This document shows, in pieces, positions 1-12,700 of a stretch of DNA of 64,000 nucleotides. Numbering within the stretch: the first letter of the stretch is position 1; each line of letters starts with the position of its first letter. Source of the stretch: Lingula anatina (lineage: Eukaryota; Animalia; Brachiopoda); NCBI GenBank assembly GCA_051362555.1, contig CM120646.1:2046001-2110000 (forward strand), given 5' to 3'. A program made the translations under genes and the position numbers. The notes under the pieces were generated by a model, which saw only the letters and a program-made list of their open reading frames with translations, did not search any database and had not been told where the DNA came from.

Positions 1-229
1 GGATTTGGATTCCCTGAAAGACATTACCTTAAATCACCACACAATGACCCTATGTTACATTGTGAAAAGTGCGAATCGGCTGTTTTTACCAGCAAGACTT
101 CGACCACTTTATTAAAGTAATGATAAACCAGCCCAGAACTAATGAGCCTGATAAACATTGGCCTACGAATGTAAAACAAGGCTATTGACAGCGACATGCC
201 CTAAGTTCTAGCACATGTAGCTGTGCAGG

Positions 230-562
230 TGTGACAGGAATGGTAGTCCTAGGAATAAGAGTTCGGTGTCCCAGATGACAAGTACAGGTCAGACCCGTGG
301 CCAGGAATTTCAAAAGGGGGACTTTTTTTCTGAAAAATTGGACCTTTTACCATGAAACCTTCACGTACCTAGATAAAATTTTACCCAGAGGAGACCTTTT
401 TACATCAAAAGGTTTTTTTTTTCGAATCCCCCCCCCCCCGGCTACGGGCCGGACAGGTTAGTGTTAGTCTGAGTATTGGGGTTAGTATATGGGACGAATG
501 TCACCTGTACAAAGTAATGGGAAGCTGACTACGGTTCCTAGCGGACTACCATTCCTGTTACA
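230..562. mobile_element. Non-autonomous Ginger1-like MITE (TGT...ACA termini), interrupted by a second MITE
   Basis: About 60-bp imperfect terminal inverted repeats (tgtgacaggaatggtagtcc... / ...ggactaccattcctgttaca) flanked by CAGG (226-229) and CCGG (563-566). The internal cctgtacaaa...gggaagc motif is shared with the elements at 19258 and 34760. Confidence 0.6.
290..452. mobile_element. Short MITE nested in the Ginger-like element; an inverted copy lies at 6025-6190
   Basis: Ends cagacccgtggcc / ggctacgggccgg are inverted repeats; acaggt is duplicated on both sides (284-289, 453-458). Confidence 0.6.
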
Positions 563-702
563 CCGGTGCAGCTAACAATATGAAATCACATTAACCATAA
601 ATACAAGTTTGAGTGGCTGGTGGGCTTCTGCCTACACAGTTAAGCGTAATTGTCAGAGAGCTGAAGACGAGTCTCCTTCTACGGGACCTACATGTATCAT
701 GA

Positions 703-750
703 CCCCTCCCCCCCTCCCCCCCCTCCCCCCCCCCCCCCCCCCCCCCCCCC
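703..750. repeat. Poly-C tract
   Basis: About 45 nt of C with a few T interruptions. Confidence 0.9.
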
Positions 751-2995
751 AATAAATAGGCCTGTGTTTGTTAAAGCATATCAGTGACATAAGAGCGATA
801 TTAGTTGGCTGATATTAATGTCACCCTGAAATCTCGGGCACACGCAGTGACAAGTGACATCAATTATAAATAAATATTGAGGAAGACCTCCCGTACGGGG
901 GTAGAGGGGGGGCATCTGTAACGAGTAGGCCTACCTGTACAATGCCTGGAGCAGTGGTCTGAGCCTTGTAATTACCACAGTAATATGCAGTGTTTTCAAA
1001 GACTTAATGTTTGACTTGGACAAGGTTGAGAACCAGTAGGCCCTATATATTGTAGTCGGACACCAAGCCCGGCTGTTCTTACAGCGTTCTTATAACTCCA
1101 GTACAATATTATCCCAGCATGTTTACACAAGTCATGTATCTGTTTGGATGTCGGATGACCGTGAGTCTACCTGAATGTAACGAACCAATGTTTATAGTTA
1201 TTTAACATTCTGTGTCCTTATACAGCTAGCACGGTAACATATATTATACCAAAGTTTTCACAGAGTTGTTTTTTTTACCTTATATGATGACGGACTTCTC
1301 AAGTTGACTTGTAGCGGCTGCTGCGTGTTGGATGGTCGTGCGGTTTCTAATTACGCCAAAAGGTATTAGGCAATTATTGGATTATAATGTTTAAATATTA
1401 AAAGGCTCTAACTTTTTTCATTACTATACTGTATAATAATGTGTATTTCAAACATTTTTATTGTTTACGTAAGGATATGTTGTAATTGAGATACACAACC
1501 ATTTATATGTATTACAATATCAAAAATATTTATATTTTAAGACCTGTGGTAGTTAAAGACATATTACGCATGCGCTGGGGTTACTACCAACACAGAAGTT
1601 CCGCAGCATTCATTGCAGCTTTAAATAGGCTATTAAAATGTTTACTTAACGCTCGGGCTAAGCGAAAAGGGGGCCACTTTAACAATAACCATTAACTGTA
1701 TATCTGTGACTTTTATACAAACTTAATACACTATTATGAAACAGCTACAAGTGTAGGAAAAACAAACCTCTCAGAAAAATCAAGCCGGACAGAGCGCACT
1801 GTTAGGCTATTCTGTATTTGCCAAGAAATCAATTTAAAATTCATGTACTTAAAAATTACTTGTTGTTATGGATAACTCTTAACAAACTCAAGGTTCGATC
1901 CAGAGGTGTGGCTCTGTTGAAATATTCCAATAAAGAGTATGTTAAGTGAATATAACATGACTCGGCCTACTAAATAGCGTAACGCCGTTTATCCCTTTTC
2001 ATAAAACAACGTATCGGTTCACAGAGCAGCCCATTGGGAGTTGGGGGGGGGGGGGGGGTAGTGATTACAGTCTACGGGACATAAAATCATCAAACTACAA
2101 ACGACCTTAAATAAAAATATTTATACATGTCTCACTGAAAAAGAGAGTCTGGCGAGTTGAACACCACGAATCACAGAGTAGCCTATAGGCCTAGGCCTAA
2201 TGATTTCGTTTCATGAAGGACGAGGAAAAATCCTCATTCACAAGTCACGAGAATAGACACACCGAATGGAAAGCTTCACGTGTCACGCTAAATAATATCA
2301 TGGTTTTCGTGGCTTTCACTGGTAACAAAAATACCTAATGGGACCCTCTTCATCAACTCCATTTAGCTAACTCGCTCTTTTATACCCATACAACTGTTAC
2401 ATTTATTTCTGCTGCAGAGTTCTGAATGTGCCTTCATAGGCCTACTACCTCTGCACCGTGTGTGAAAGGCCGTCAGTCTGGAAACGTTGCAGCACTTTTT
2501 GACTTCCCTCACAGGCGCGTCATGCAGGTGTATCCTCCAATCCAAAGGATACTGTACAAAATACTAAAACGGGGCTTTAATTTTTTTTTACTATATTTGA
2601 TATTTTTAATAATTCATTGGTTGCACAATCAGCAAATTTTTGTGAAAAAAAATCCTCTTAGAAGTCGAATAAAAAGCATCGGTTCATGACATTATTATCT
2701 GTATCACTTTATGCATTGCAGGAATGACACTATTTTTGCCAGGAGAGTATACAATACTAATAAGGCATATAAGATATTTATCGATAGTGATTCCTACAGT
2801 AAGGGATATTATAACCCATTAACATACATGTGCTGGTACATTTACTAAGGATCTTTAACACATATAAACTGATGACAATTTTAATCAAAGCAAGGTGAAG
2901 TAAAGCAATTGTTAGAAAACAATACTTTTATTTTAACTGAAAGTGCCCATTACAATATGATTATGGCTCTTTCTAATTGATAACATATCTTTTAA

Positions 2996-3240
2996 TTACC
3001 TCCTCCAAGAAGGTTATGTTTTCACTCCTGTTTGTTTGTTTGTGTGTTTTTCTGTCATCAACATAACTCAAAAAGTTATGGACCGATTTTGATGAAATTT
3101 TCAGGAACTGTCAGAAGTGGGCTAAGGAACAGATGATTAGTTTTTGGTGGTGATCCGGATCAATAATCAATCAAAAATCAATAATAATAAAAAATTGCTG
3201 CCTTGGCGGAGGTCTGCGCTCTCGGAGTGCTTTTCTAGTT
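2996..3240 (+). mobile_element. Helentron-associated non-autonomous element (HINE/DINE-1-like)
   Basis: 5' subterminal repeat acctcctccaagaagg, then a (gttt)n/(gt)n microsatellite, a 3' inverted copy ccttggcggaggt, a short hairpin gcgctctcggagtgc and a ttttctagtt end, inserted in a T-rich site. Confidence 0.7.
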
Positions 3241-3808
3241 CAGGTAATATGATTCTAACTCAGAATCCTAAATAACTGTACCAAATTTTGACATACCAGT
3301 TCAAAGTTGACAATAAAAACGCTTTGAATTGCAATTTTGTCGTGAAATCCCCATTATTATCATACACATAATTTAGCAAAAATTACATTTGAGTCTCTTA
3401 CGAGATGCAAGATACAAATGTGTAATGATATATGTTGCTCCGATCTAGATTTGTTTCTGGACATGCAGTTGCTATTAAACTCGGTCTAAAATACGTGTTA
3501 AATGGATATTCACATGTACAATTACAAGTAATCACCAAATCACTGTCACCGGATACAAATGAGTAGGCCTATTGATGTATGTCGCTTCCGTTCGGTTGAT
3601 TTAAAGAAAGATTTGTTTCTGGACACAGAAAGAAATAGGTTTTATAAAAGTCGAGCAAAATGCGTGTTGTGTGTGAGGTAAATGTAATACGCTGTCGCCT
3701 GAGCGATAAAGGCTAGTAGGCCCTATACAGTAGGCCTATAAGTCAAGCGAGTTTTTCTTTACATAGAACTGACGTCATCACTGAGTTTTCTGGAAGAGTA
3801 GGCCTATA

Positions 3809-4015
3809 GGGTTGCATTCACAACTAAAGTTGAACCGCGGACTAACAGATCCGCGGATATAATATGGCCGACCCACTTGAAAGCTTCCCGCGAAATCCCC
3901 ACGATGTGTCTATTCAGGGTCTATTAGAATTTTATGCGGCAGGCTTTTAAGTGGGCCGACCATATTTGATCCTCGGATCTGTTAGTACGCGGATCAATTT
4001 GCTTTGAATGCACCC
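3809..4015. mobile_element. Palindromic MITE with GGG...CCC ends (PIF/Harbinger-like)
   Basis: About 80-bp imperfect inverted arms (gggttgcattca...aacagatccgcggat / atcctcggatctgtt...tgaatgcaccc), with TA on both flanks. Confidence 0.65.
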
Positions 4016-5442
4016 TAGGGCAACCATGCATAGGCTTTTTCATGTGATATTCTCTAAATTGAACAGAATAAAGTAATACATGTAATATAGAATAGTACTG
4101 TATAATGAGAGTATCAGTAAATTCCTATGGGGGTTATACTATTATATCGAGATCTAAAGACAACCAATGTTGACAATATAATATTCATTTTCACTTGTCA
4201 CTGCATACAGTGCTCATATTTTAAGATATTTACAATACACACACGCACACGCACACGCACACACACGCACGCACACACACACACGGGCAAAGCTAAAAAT
4301 GAAGACATCATCAAAGAAGTAACGGAAGAATCGGGGTATTTGGTATTGGCCCACGTTGTCTCGAAGGAAAAGATAACCTGTGCCCGAATGCTAATTAACT
4401 ATTTAGTTGAAAATAAAAGATCGGAAGTGACCTCTTCATCAAGACTTTCTGAAGCGTGCCTTTCCGCGGGGTCAGGTTATTCGGAAGTCTCTCTCTCTCT
4501 TCTCTCTCTCTCTATCTCTCTCTCGTTTTGATATATATAAGAAGGGGAAATGCTGTAGCTGTGCCCAAGATATGGTAGAGACAACTAACGCATTCGTGGG
4601 ACTCGGGGGGGGGGGGGGGGGGGGATATGTAGAATGTTGAACTTCCATAGGCAAAGATAACTTCAAAAATTAAAGTTAAAGGTTTCGAAGCACTGGGGGC
4701 AATATCATGGCGTGCAATACTCTTTTACAGCGGATTTTGATAGCATTTTCAACACTGTTTTTTATTTATCTTTGATCAGTGAATTTTTGTATATATCTTG
4801 CTAATTGTGTTTTAAGTGTTTTCATTATATTTGTGTAAAATCTACTAAATATGTCAAATGAAATTGAACTTTAAATGAATTCATTTTCTTAATTATTATT
4901 ATAACAAATAGGAAAATATGATAAGAAACTGATTGTTCACCCAAACCCAATACAGAGGTGCATTTCACGAGTTCAAGTCTCAAAAAATGAAATTGAATGA
5001 ATTTGAAGTAGTATCCAATTTTTTAAAACTTATATGTGAATAGAACAAAAATCCACGAATCCATATATTTAGAAACATGTCTGTGACCTCATTTGCACCT
5101 CTAAATTGGGTGTGTTACATCCACCTAACCGTAAAATCTATGCATTTTAATGTAACCATCTTTTAGCATAAGTTCCTATTAACATACGTAAACAAAAGAC
5201 ATGTTCATATATAAGGTGTGCAGGTGCAATGAACGTGAATGAATTTCTAATGCTTATTTCTTTTATTTAACAAATCACGCAAGGCTGCACTTCACTGCGC
5301 AAAAAGAACAGATCATGCGTCATCTTTAGCAGCGGTATTTGCTTTTCATTGAGGCAAGCAAGCATACTGAACGAGGGTTGGAAGGTGTACACTGTACATG
5401 AAATCCTCCAAAGAATAAATCTACTTATCATTTAATACAGCA

Positions 5443-5601
5443 ATATGTTACCCTCTACCAGGGCGAGTGATAGATTTTTTACAGATATTCACAGATATGT
5501 CAGTTGAGTTGAGCCCTAAATGACCATCTATCTAGCTAGAGACATATCTGTGAATATCTGTAAAAAAATCTATCACTCGCCCTGGTAGAGGGTAGCCATA
5601 T
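5443..5601. repeat. Near-perfect inverted repeat, about 58-bp arms with an approximately 40-nt spacer
   Basis: taccctctaccagggcgagtgatagattttttacagatattcacagatatgtc ... gacatatctgtgaatatctgtaaaaaaatctatcactcgccctggtagagggta. Confidence 0.9.
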
Positions 5602-6024
5602 GTCACTGAAAAAGATTCTTATGACCTGTATATTTTAAAGTAATATATGAAAAACGTTTAATGACCCTTTTCCATTCAGAAAATATCAGTTTTTTACTCC
5701 CAAAAAGTACAACACGCCCGAGAAAGATAAAATTAAAAGAAAAATCGTGTTGCAAACCACACCGCAATCTTATTCACGAACACGTGCTCTCATAGAAGTA
5801 ACAGGCGACAGACATTAATAGATACCAGTATGATACACTGGCGTGTCATTGAGTGCATTTACATATACCAGATGAGATGTTAGTTATGGGGTTTTATGTG
5901 ATTTTTATTCACCGGGCTTTATACCATTACTGATGACAGGACAGCGCCACGCTCTGATACTAGTACAGTACGTCTATGCACGACTAATAGTACAAAATAT
6001 ATATATCTGATATTAGACCCCCTA

Positions 6025-6190
6025 CAGGCCATTAGCCAGGGGGTATGAGAGGTTCGAAAGAACCTCCCTTTTTGTCAGGAAAAGGTTCATTCTTGGTAAA
6101 ATTTGATCTAGGAACAGATAGGTTTCATTGTAAAAGGTTCACTTTTTCAGAAAAAGACACCCCCTTTTGAATTTGTTGGCTACGGGTCTG
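6025..6190. mobile_element. MITE, inverted copy of the 290-452 family
   Basis: Ends caggccattagcc / ggctacgggtctg; the interior is the reverse complement of 290-452 (ttcgaa, taaaattt, tcagaaaaa, ttttgaa blocks). Confidence 0.6.
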
Positions 6191-8808
6191 ACCTAAAATA
6201 CTATACAAAATCGCTTTCAACATTTTTGCATCAGACTACTACTATGCTAGTGCACCCTGTGGTCAGACAGTACAAAAAAGGCACAGAAAGACAGGCTGCT
6301 TATATGGAAGTTTTACGAGCACAGAAATATGGCACAACAATAAAAAATTGAAGGGCGAAAAATTCCACTATTATGCTCTGCAGAAAAGGATAAGGATTGG
6401 TCTATGCAGACTGTTCAGTAAGGAAATTGATCCCACTTGTCGTATCAGATAAAAATGTCATGTAGGGATTATCTTTTATATCACATGTTTTTAACATGCT
6501 GGTGTGAAAAAACATGACCTTTTCCTTTCTTCCCGTATAGTCTAGTAGAGAAAGCACTGTTGAATGAGAAGACGTGTCCCCGTGGTGCGTAAAGCATACA
6601 AAAAATTTTCAATTTTTCAAATGTGAACAGTAGTTGTGGGCATGAACAAAGTCTTGACAACATCGCAAAAATGCCTATGCCTATGACAAAATTTAATTTA
6701 ATTTTTTTTCTCAACGATTTCTAAAATTTTGACATTACATATGTAATAACAGGGATATGGTAAGACAACAAAGTTCGACATGTAGCCTTAAATTCTCATT
6801 ATTCTTATTTTAACATTTTCACCATGTCATATTTTGTCTGCCCACACATTTTCTTAGCTCTACATGTAGGCTATGTAGTTCTTCTAAAACATCTCCCTAA
6901 ATGCTGCTCACACTTTATCTTTGATTAAAAAAAAGGGTCAATGGGTTTTGTCTTGAAGCATTTAAACACCACTTTATGCGTTTCAACTTCAAAAAAATGA
7001 TAAAAATAATTTCTTGCACGAAATCAACGAATCGGTGCTACATTACGTACTTGACAATGAAACGGGTCGCACACGACTTGCTTCATTAGATATATGCACA
7101 CGGGCACAATGTTTATGGTCAGAATGCGAAGTACACTGAACAATATACACAATGCAAGGTGGGCGAAATGGGGCACAGGCTACGGGGGCAGTTATTGTCC
7201 AGAACCGACCGCGCCGTTGGGGTTTTCTGCTCCTATTTTCCCGCTGGCTATTTTAGGGGAGGGTGATGTTAATGTTGGTTCAAGCTAAGATTGTTATAAC
7301 ACAAAGGAGTGAAATTGTGCATATTTATAGGTCCAATTTTACAGCGATTTTGAAATGGCTATTGTTGTGAAAAATGTCTGTGTGATTGCGGTAATTGATA
7401 TGCAGTAGTTTGATATTACACTCTGCTGGATGATTTTTAGCTGTCGTTTGTGTTTCTGTCTTCTCATTCATCCCCCCCCCCCCCCCCCCCCCACACACAC
7501 ACCCAAACAAAATTTAAACTGGGAAAAGACGAGGAACCAGACACTGATAACTTATTTTCTTTTTCGTCATCAGGCTTCAGTTACGCTCCATCCGGCTAAC
7601 GGGAAACAAGTTATACAAAAGCTTTAAAAAGCTAAAAAAAATCTTTATTTATTTATTAATTTTTCCATTCATATGTCAATCTCACAATCTGCTGCGTAAA
7701 ATTCTAATAAACCGATTCATTAAATTAAGTTAATACTAATTTACATTATTGAACTTGACAGCTCCTAAGGCGCGGCTTTCTCTATGACATCATATAGTTA
7801 CAAAGACTTCAACTTGAGACCAAACACGCATTTAAATCAACAAATCCAGATTAGCCAAAAGCAACATTACGCAAATAAATTCATTCCGTAATGTCCGCTG
7901 ACCCAAATCAGGTACAATGATATTGGTCCAATACAATGGATATTGGTTTATATAAATAAAAGAAATAGTAAGGAGAGTTGTAATCATCTTCAATAGTTCA
8001 TAACACACAAATATAGCTGTTGAACCCAGCGTATAAGTGAAAAGGAGGCCCGCTTAGGGGATGTGAGATTCCATTAAAATTGAGTTGAAGTTCTAAATAA
8101 AAACGCGCTTTATGTTTACGTTTTGTGCGTTTACGTTTAAATATGTATTTTGTTCTGTGTGATGATGATGTTAAGAATACTGGTATTAAATGTATAACTT
8201 AGCTTGGGTTTGCTTGGGTTTACCTTCATGAGATTACATACACCTGTCTGCGTTGAATGGACGGATATTATACAATATTCATATCAGTGACAAGTAACAA
8301 TGCACTTACTTTTTTATGTGCTCAAGAAGAAATCTAGAGGGTATATAAATAAGGATGGAAAATGACAGCTGACATGAAAGGAAGAGTCTTTTGAAATTAA
8401 GTCGTGACCATAGCGTCTCTTATTTGCCCAATACACTGAGCCTCCAAAAGCTGACCCCGGGGGCACTACCACGCGCGGACCAAAGCCCGATAAGAAAACT
8501 GTGAAAACTTTGAGCCCAGTGTACGGAAACAAATGGTCCACACCGCTGATTGTATTTATATGTTGAATGTACACACGCTAGGGTCGGGGGCACCTCATTC
8601 TGATTCAAACCTGGTAACTTGCAGTCACAAGTACACTGTAGATCAGACCCGCCACTATATTGGGACCAAACGCGTCCTCATCGGTGGTCTTCAGCCTCGC
8701 TCAGCCCTCTTATCTGTCGAGAAAGACCTCCCAGCTGTTACGTACAGCTTCGCTGAGAGAACTCAATAATACACGTACCAGTGACCTGTCGTAATACGTG
8801 GAGAAAAA

Positions 8809-9262
8809 ATGGCGCGCCGGAGCAGAGTGAGACTAACTTCGACTTTGCTTGTACTCCAAGCTCTCTTCATCATTCTATTCGCCGTGTTTGTTGATTATGA
8901 CATTGATGCCGACGCTAAGTACCACCCCTACGTTAGCGACCCCTCGCTGTTTCATTTAAGCGACGCCAGTGCAGCGGCAAGAGATGGTGGCGGAAGTTCT
9001 CAAAATGACGGAGACAGCGTTACGTATAATGGTAAGAAGTCAAAAACTGGTTGGCATATACGGATGGTGTCGAACAGTGACGTTGCTGCCCCACCTACGT
9101 CCAACGCTGGCACGTCAAACGCAGGCGACGCGGCAACGGCGGAAACCGAAGACCGCGGTGTTAACGGCAGCGGCAGTGATGGAGAAAGGAAACGGCGGCA
9201 AATTAGTGCGCCTACATTCAAAAACGCAACGGCAAATGAAAGTGTTCCCTTGACAACAGAAA
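8809..9262 (+). CDS. Rh50: Rh alternative first coding exon 1a (TM1 plus long low-complexity ectoloop)
   Basis: [30 protein letters not shown] aligns with exon 1b [26 protein letters not shown]; donor AA|gtaaga, phase 1. Confidence 0.85.
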
Positions 9263-9519
9263 GTAAGAATTTTTATTTATTCATTCCTTAATAGCGCTTT
9301 ATAAAAATCCTAACCAATTCTCTTCGGCGGATCATTAAAGATGTGTATGCATGGATTATTAAATCTGTGACCCACATGGAAAACGCCTAAAATAACAGCT
9401 TGAATATAGCTTAAAGCCAATCGCAATATGCATGAATAGATTAAATTGCCTGTCCTAATTTTTTAACGGCCTATAATATATGATACTCATCACTGTATTA
9501 ATGCAGTGATACATAATAA

Positions 9520-9599
<80 letters not shown>

Positions 9600-9682
9600 C
9601 TGTCCCATCGCCTTCTTCCATTTTCAGCCTATCCCCAACCTTCTTCCGTAGCTCCAACCTTCTTCCGTTTATACCACGAAGG

Positions 9683-9724
<42 letters not shown>

Positions 9725-12700
9725 TCGAAGCAAACACAAATATTACATACAGACTGTAATTATTTCAAATACATGAAATCACACACGCACGCCCATCTAT
9801 ATGGTACGTAATATCAGCAAGGTGTGAAGTGTCCCCTAAGTTCTCCGCTAAGGTGACACATACTTGTGTTCACATGATCGATCAAGGATGACCAGAAACA
9901 CATCATCGTACATGTACGAGCGAATAACAGTGAGGCAAGGGTACTCTTTACAAGAAGTTTAATGACGTGGTTTTTGTGCAAATATCATCACAGAATACGA
10001 ACATGTACACAGCTCACGGATTGCCAGAGAAATAGTTGTGAAAATCTTATTAAAATCCCTCTGTCGTCTTAGTAGAAGTGAAGGCATTGGTTGAATGAAG
10101 ACGGAAATGAGCACTATCTGATGTTTAAAACAGAGCCATCTAAACAGTGCCTTGGAAAAACATGTTTCCAGCAAACAATTTGGACAAAAAAAGAAAGAAA
10201 AAACTGGGGGGGGGGGTCTTGAGATAGAACCAGGATCAAGTGCACGGTGCGCCTGTTTATTTAATCCTTCAAGAGCATCTCCACTGCAGAGATAAGTGTA
10301 CGTGAATATGCCTACTTACCCTTATTTGATAAGGACGGTTTGTGTAATAGATTAAAACACTCCAGGGCCGCTTTTCCGGCGAACACAGGGCTCATTCCCA
10401 TTAAAACTGTCAGTCTAAGTAGATCGATCCAGCTCCGCCGGCACTTTTGCTGAATGCAATCAGTTTAGCAGATTGACACACCTCTTTTCGTTTCCAACGT
10501 TCTCGTATAATCGCTAGCTTTTCTGTATTCCACTCAGGCGTTTTAGCCTGTTAAACTGATTGCATTCAGTCAAAATACTCCTCGGAGTTGGATCGATCTA
10601 CGTACACCGACAGTTTCAATGTGAATGAGCCCCTAGACCCGCTTTTCCTCAGCCACGCAAGTGATTACATTTCTCCAGACATTGATAAATCTAACGGCAC
10701 GCGACTTGCCTGAATTAAAGTGACAGGTGAGGGAAAGACGGGAATTAGATTGTTTGCCTATGACAAAAACAGTACTGGAGCTGTCGCATTTGATGTGTAG
10801 GACCACTGAATAAGCTTCTTTCCCCTCCAGCTTAATACATGGTATGCCCATGTAATATATGAGGCCGACTGTACTGCTTTAGAGCTTTAGAAAACCATTC
10901 TCAGGGGGAGCAGTCAAAAGATGGGACAGACAAATGGCAGATCCGACTGTGGGGACGATAGGACACGTCCCTTCCCTCCTCACCAGGACTCAGCTCGAAA
11001 AAAAAAGAAAGTAAAAGAAAAACAGTTTTTCAAGTAAACAATACAAAAGCAATGTTTTTTATCTTTGTGACCCATATATTAAAGTCACAATATCCTTGTC
11101 TACTAATATTATATTTTCCTCGCCTTGTTTGGTTAAAATCCGTGCCCTTGTTCCCCTGCTCCCTTGTGCATGTGTGGGGATTTCTTTCATTCCTGTCCAT
11201 TCGAGGATGTGCCAGATAAAATTGTGTTCTTCTGCTCATCTAACGCAATGACATTTACCTTCAGGTACCACTACAGACTGGAGGCAGTGGGTGTACTCTG
11301 ACCCGAAAGCAAACAAGTTGAAGTCTTATTATCCAAGTAAGTCTGTAGCATGCTATGTTGATTGATATGTTATGAAGCTGTAGAGAAAGGGACGCATAAG
11401 TGATTGCAACAGATAAGTGGATACGGTAGCCTTTATTTATTTCATGTTTCCCAAGAAGACGACAATGTCATATCTTTATAGCCGAATAACTAAATTAAAC
11501 GGACAAATAAAATTAAATTAAATTAAAAAACAAAAATAGAATGAAATAAAATAATACAATTGCAGCGTACATCCTATTGTATGCCCCCAAGTTTAACAAC
11601 TTGATAATAACACTCAAAATGAAAAAAAAAATGAAATCACAGGTAGACATTTAAAGTATGTACATAAAAGTGTGACTACCCCCGTGGACGTCCTAGCGGA
11701 CAAACTGCATGCACTGTATAAAAAGTGAAGATCATATATCAGGTACTATTCCTCGAGTCCATAGCGGGATTTTCTTATAACATTTGGTTAGATTCCAATG
11801 CACAGTGTGGGCCAGGATTCAGGAGTCAGTTTTATTATCAGATGAAAGTACTGTAGGGTTTCTTTACGGGGATTCAAAAAGCACTCGCCACTGTTGAAAA
11901 AAATTCCTTTCAGTTTCTGTGATATTGCAAATGTCAATAGGCATATTTTTGTCAATGATTTTGACCCCGTTTTTCATAAATAAATACGGGGTCAAAATCA
12001 TTATGATTAAGTCAGAAAATTTGCACAGACACACCAAGCGTTGCCATGCAAATCATTTCGTTTTTGCTATCTTAAACGCCTTCAGTATAAGACACCTTGT
12101 CTATGAAATTCATAATTGTATAAAACCAGCCGTTCGGTTGTCCTTTGTGTTGATGCGGTCTAAACAGATTGGTCGTCGACCCTGGGTCTGGGGGTGAAAG
12201 ATATTCGAAGAACTGGTGTCGATTGTAATAACGCCTAACACCTATAAAAAAGCGGTATTTTGGGCCGGCTCTATCGTGTCTTCATGTGTCTTGAGGCAAA
12301 CTGCAATTATGATACTTCACTGATTTACTTCAGGCAGTATATGTAGGCGTTATAGTAAGAATACACGTGAACACACAATGGGAGTAATGAGACTTTGCAT
12401 GTTTAACAGAGAAAGCATTGTAACGAACAAGTCAGATTGTGTCACAAAGGTGATATAAATGTCAGAGCAGTGCCGGTATGTCACACAAATACAACAATGT
12501 CACAGCTGAGAAATTATGATATAGAAAAAATACAGTTTTTTTCATTTTTGGGGGGCCAACCATGATATTATTTTAAATAAATTTAGTGTATTTTTCACGG
12601 AATATAATCGAAAATCCTCTGCGAGTTAAAGTCACCTGTATGTACAAATCTTCTGTATCAATTGTAAACGCACCATTGCTCTGGCAACCCGTCTTGCAAG

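Noticed and set aside
4127-4531. 134-aa ORF with THTH and SLSL runs
   Set aside because: Openness is explained by (CA)n and (CT)n microsatellites; no domain and no convincing splice context.
8809-9291. Exon 1a as a stand-alone single-exon 160-aa membrane protein
   Set aside because: A strong donor at 9262, the phase-matched 72-nt exon and homology to Rh TM1 explain it better as a spliced Rh module.
9490-9811. ORFs rich in ER/SL/HT/CV repeats
   Set aside because: These are translations of (CT)n and (CA)n microsatellites.
11801-11807. CACAGTG as a RAG recombination-signal heptamer or ProtoRAG end
   Set aside because: No nonamer at 12/23 spacing, no partner terminus and no RAG-like ORF seen.
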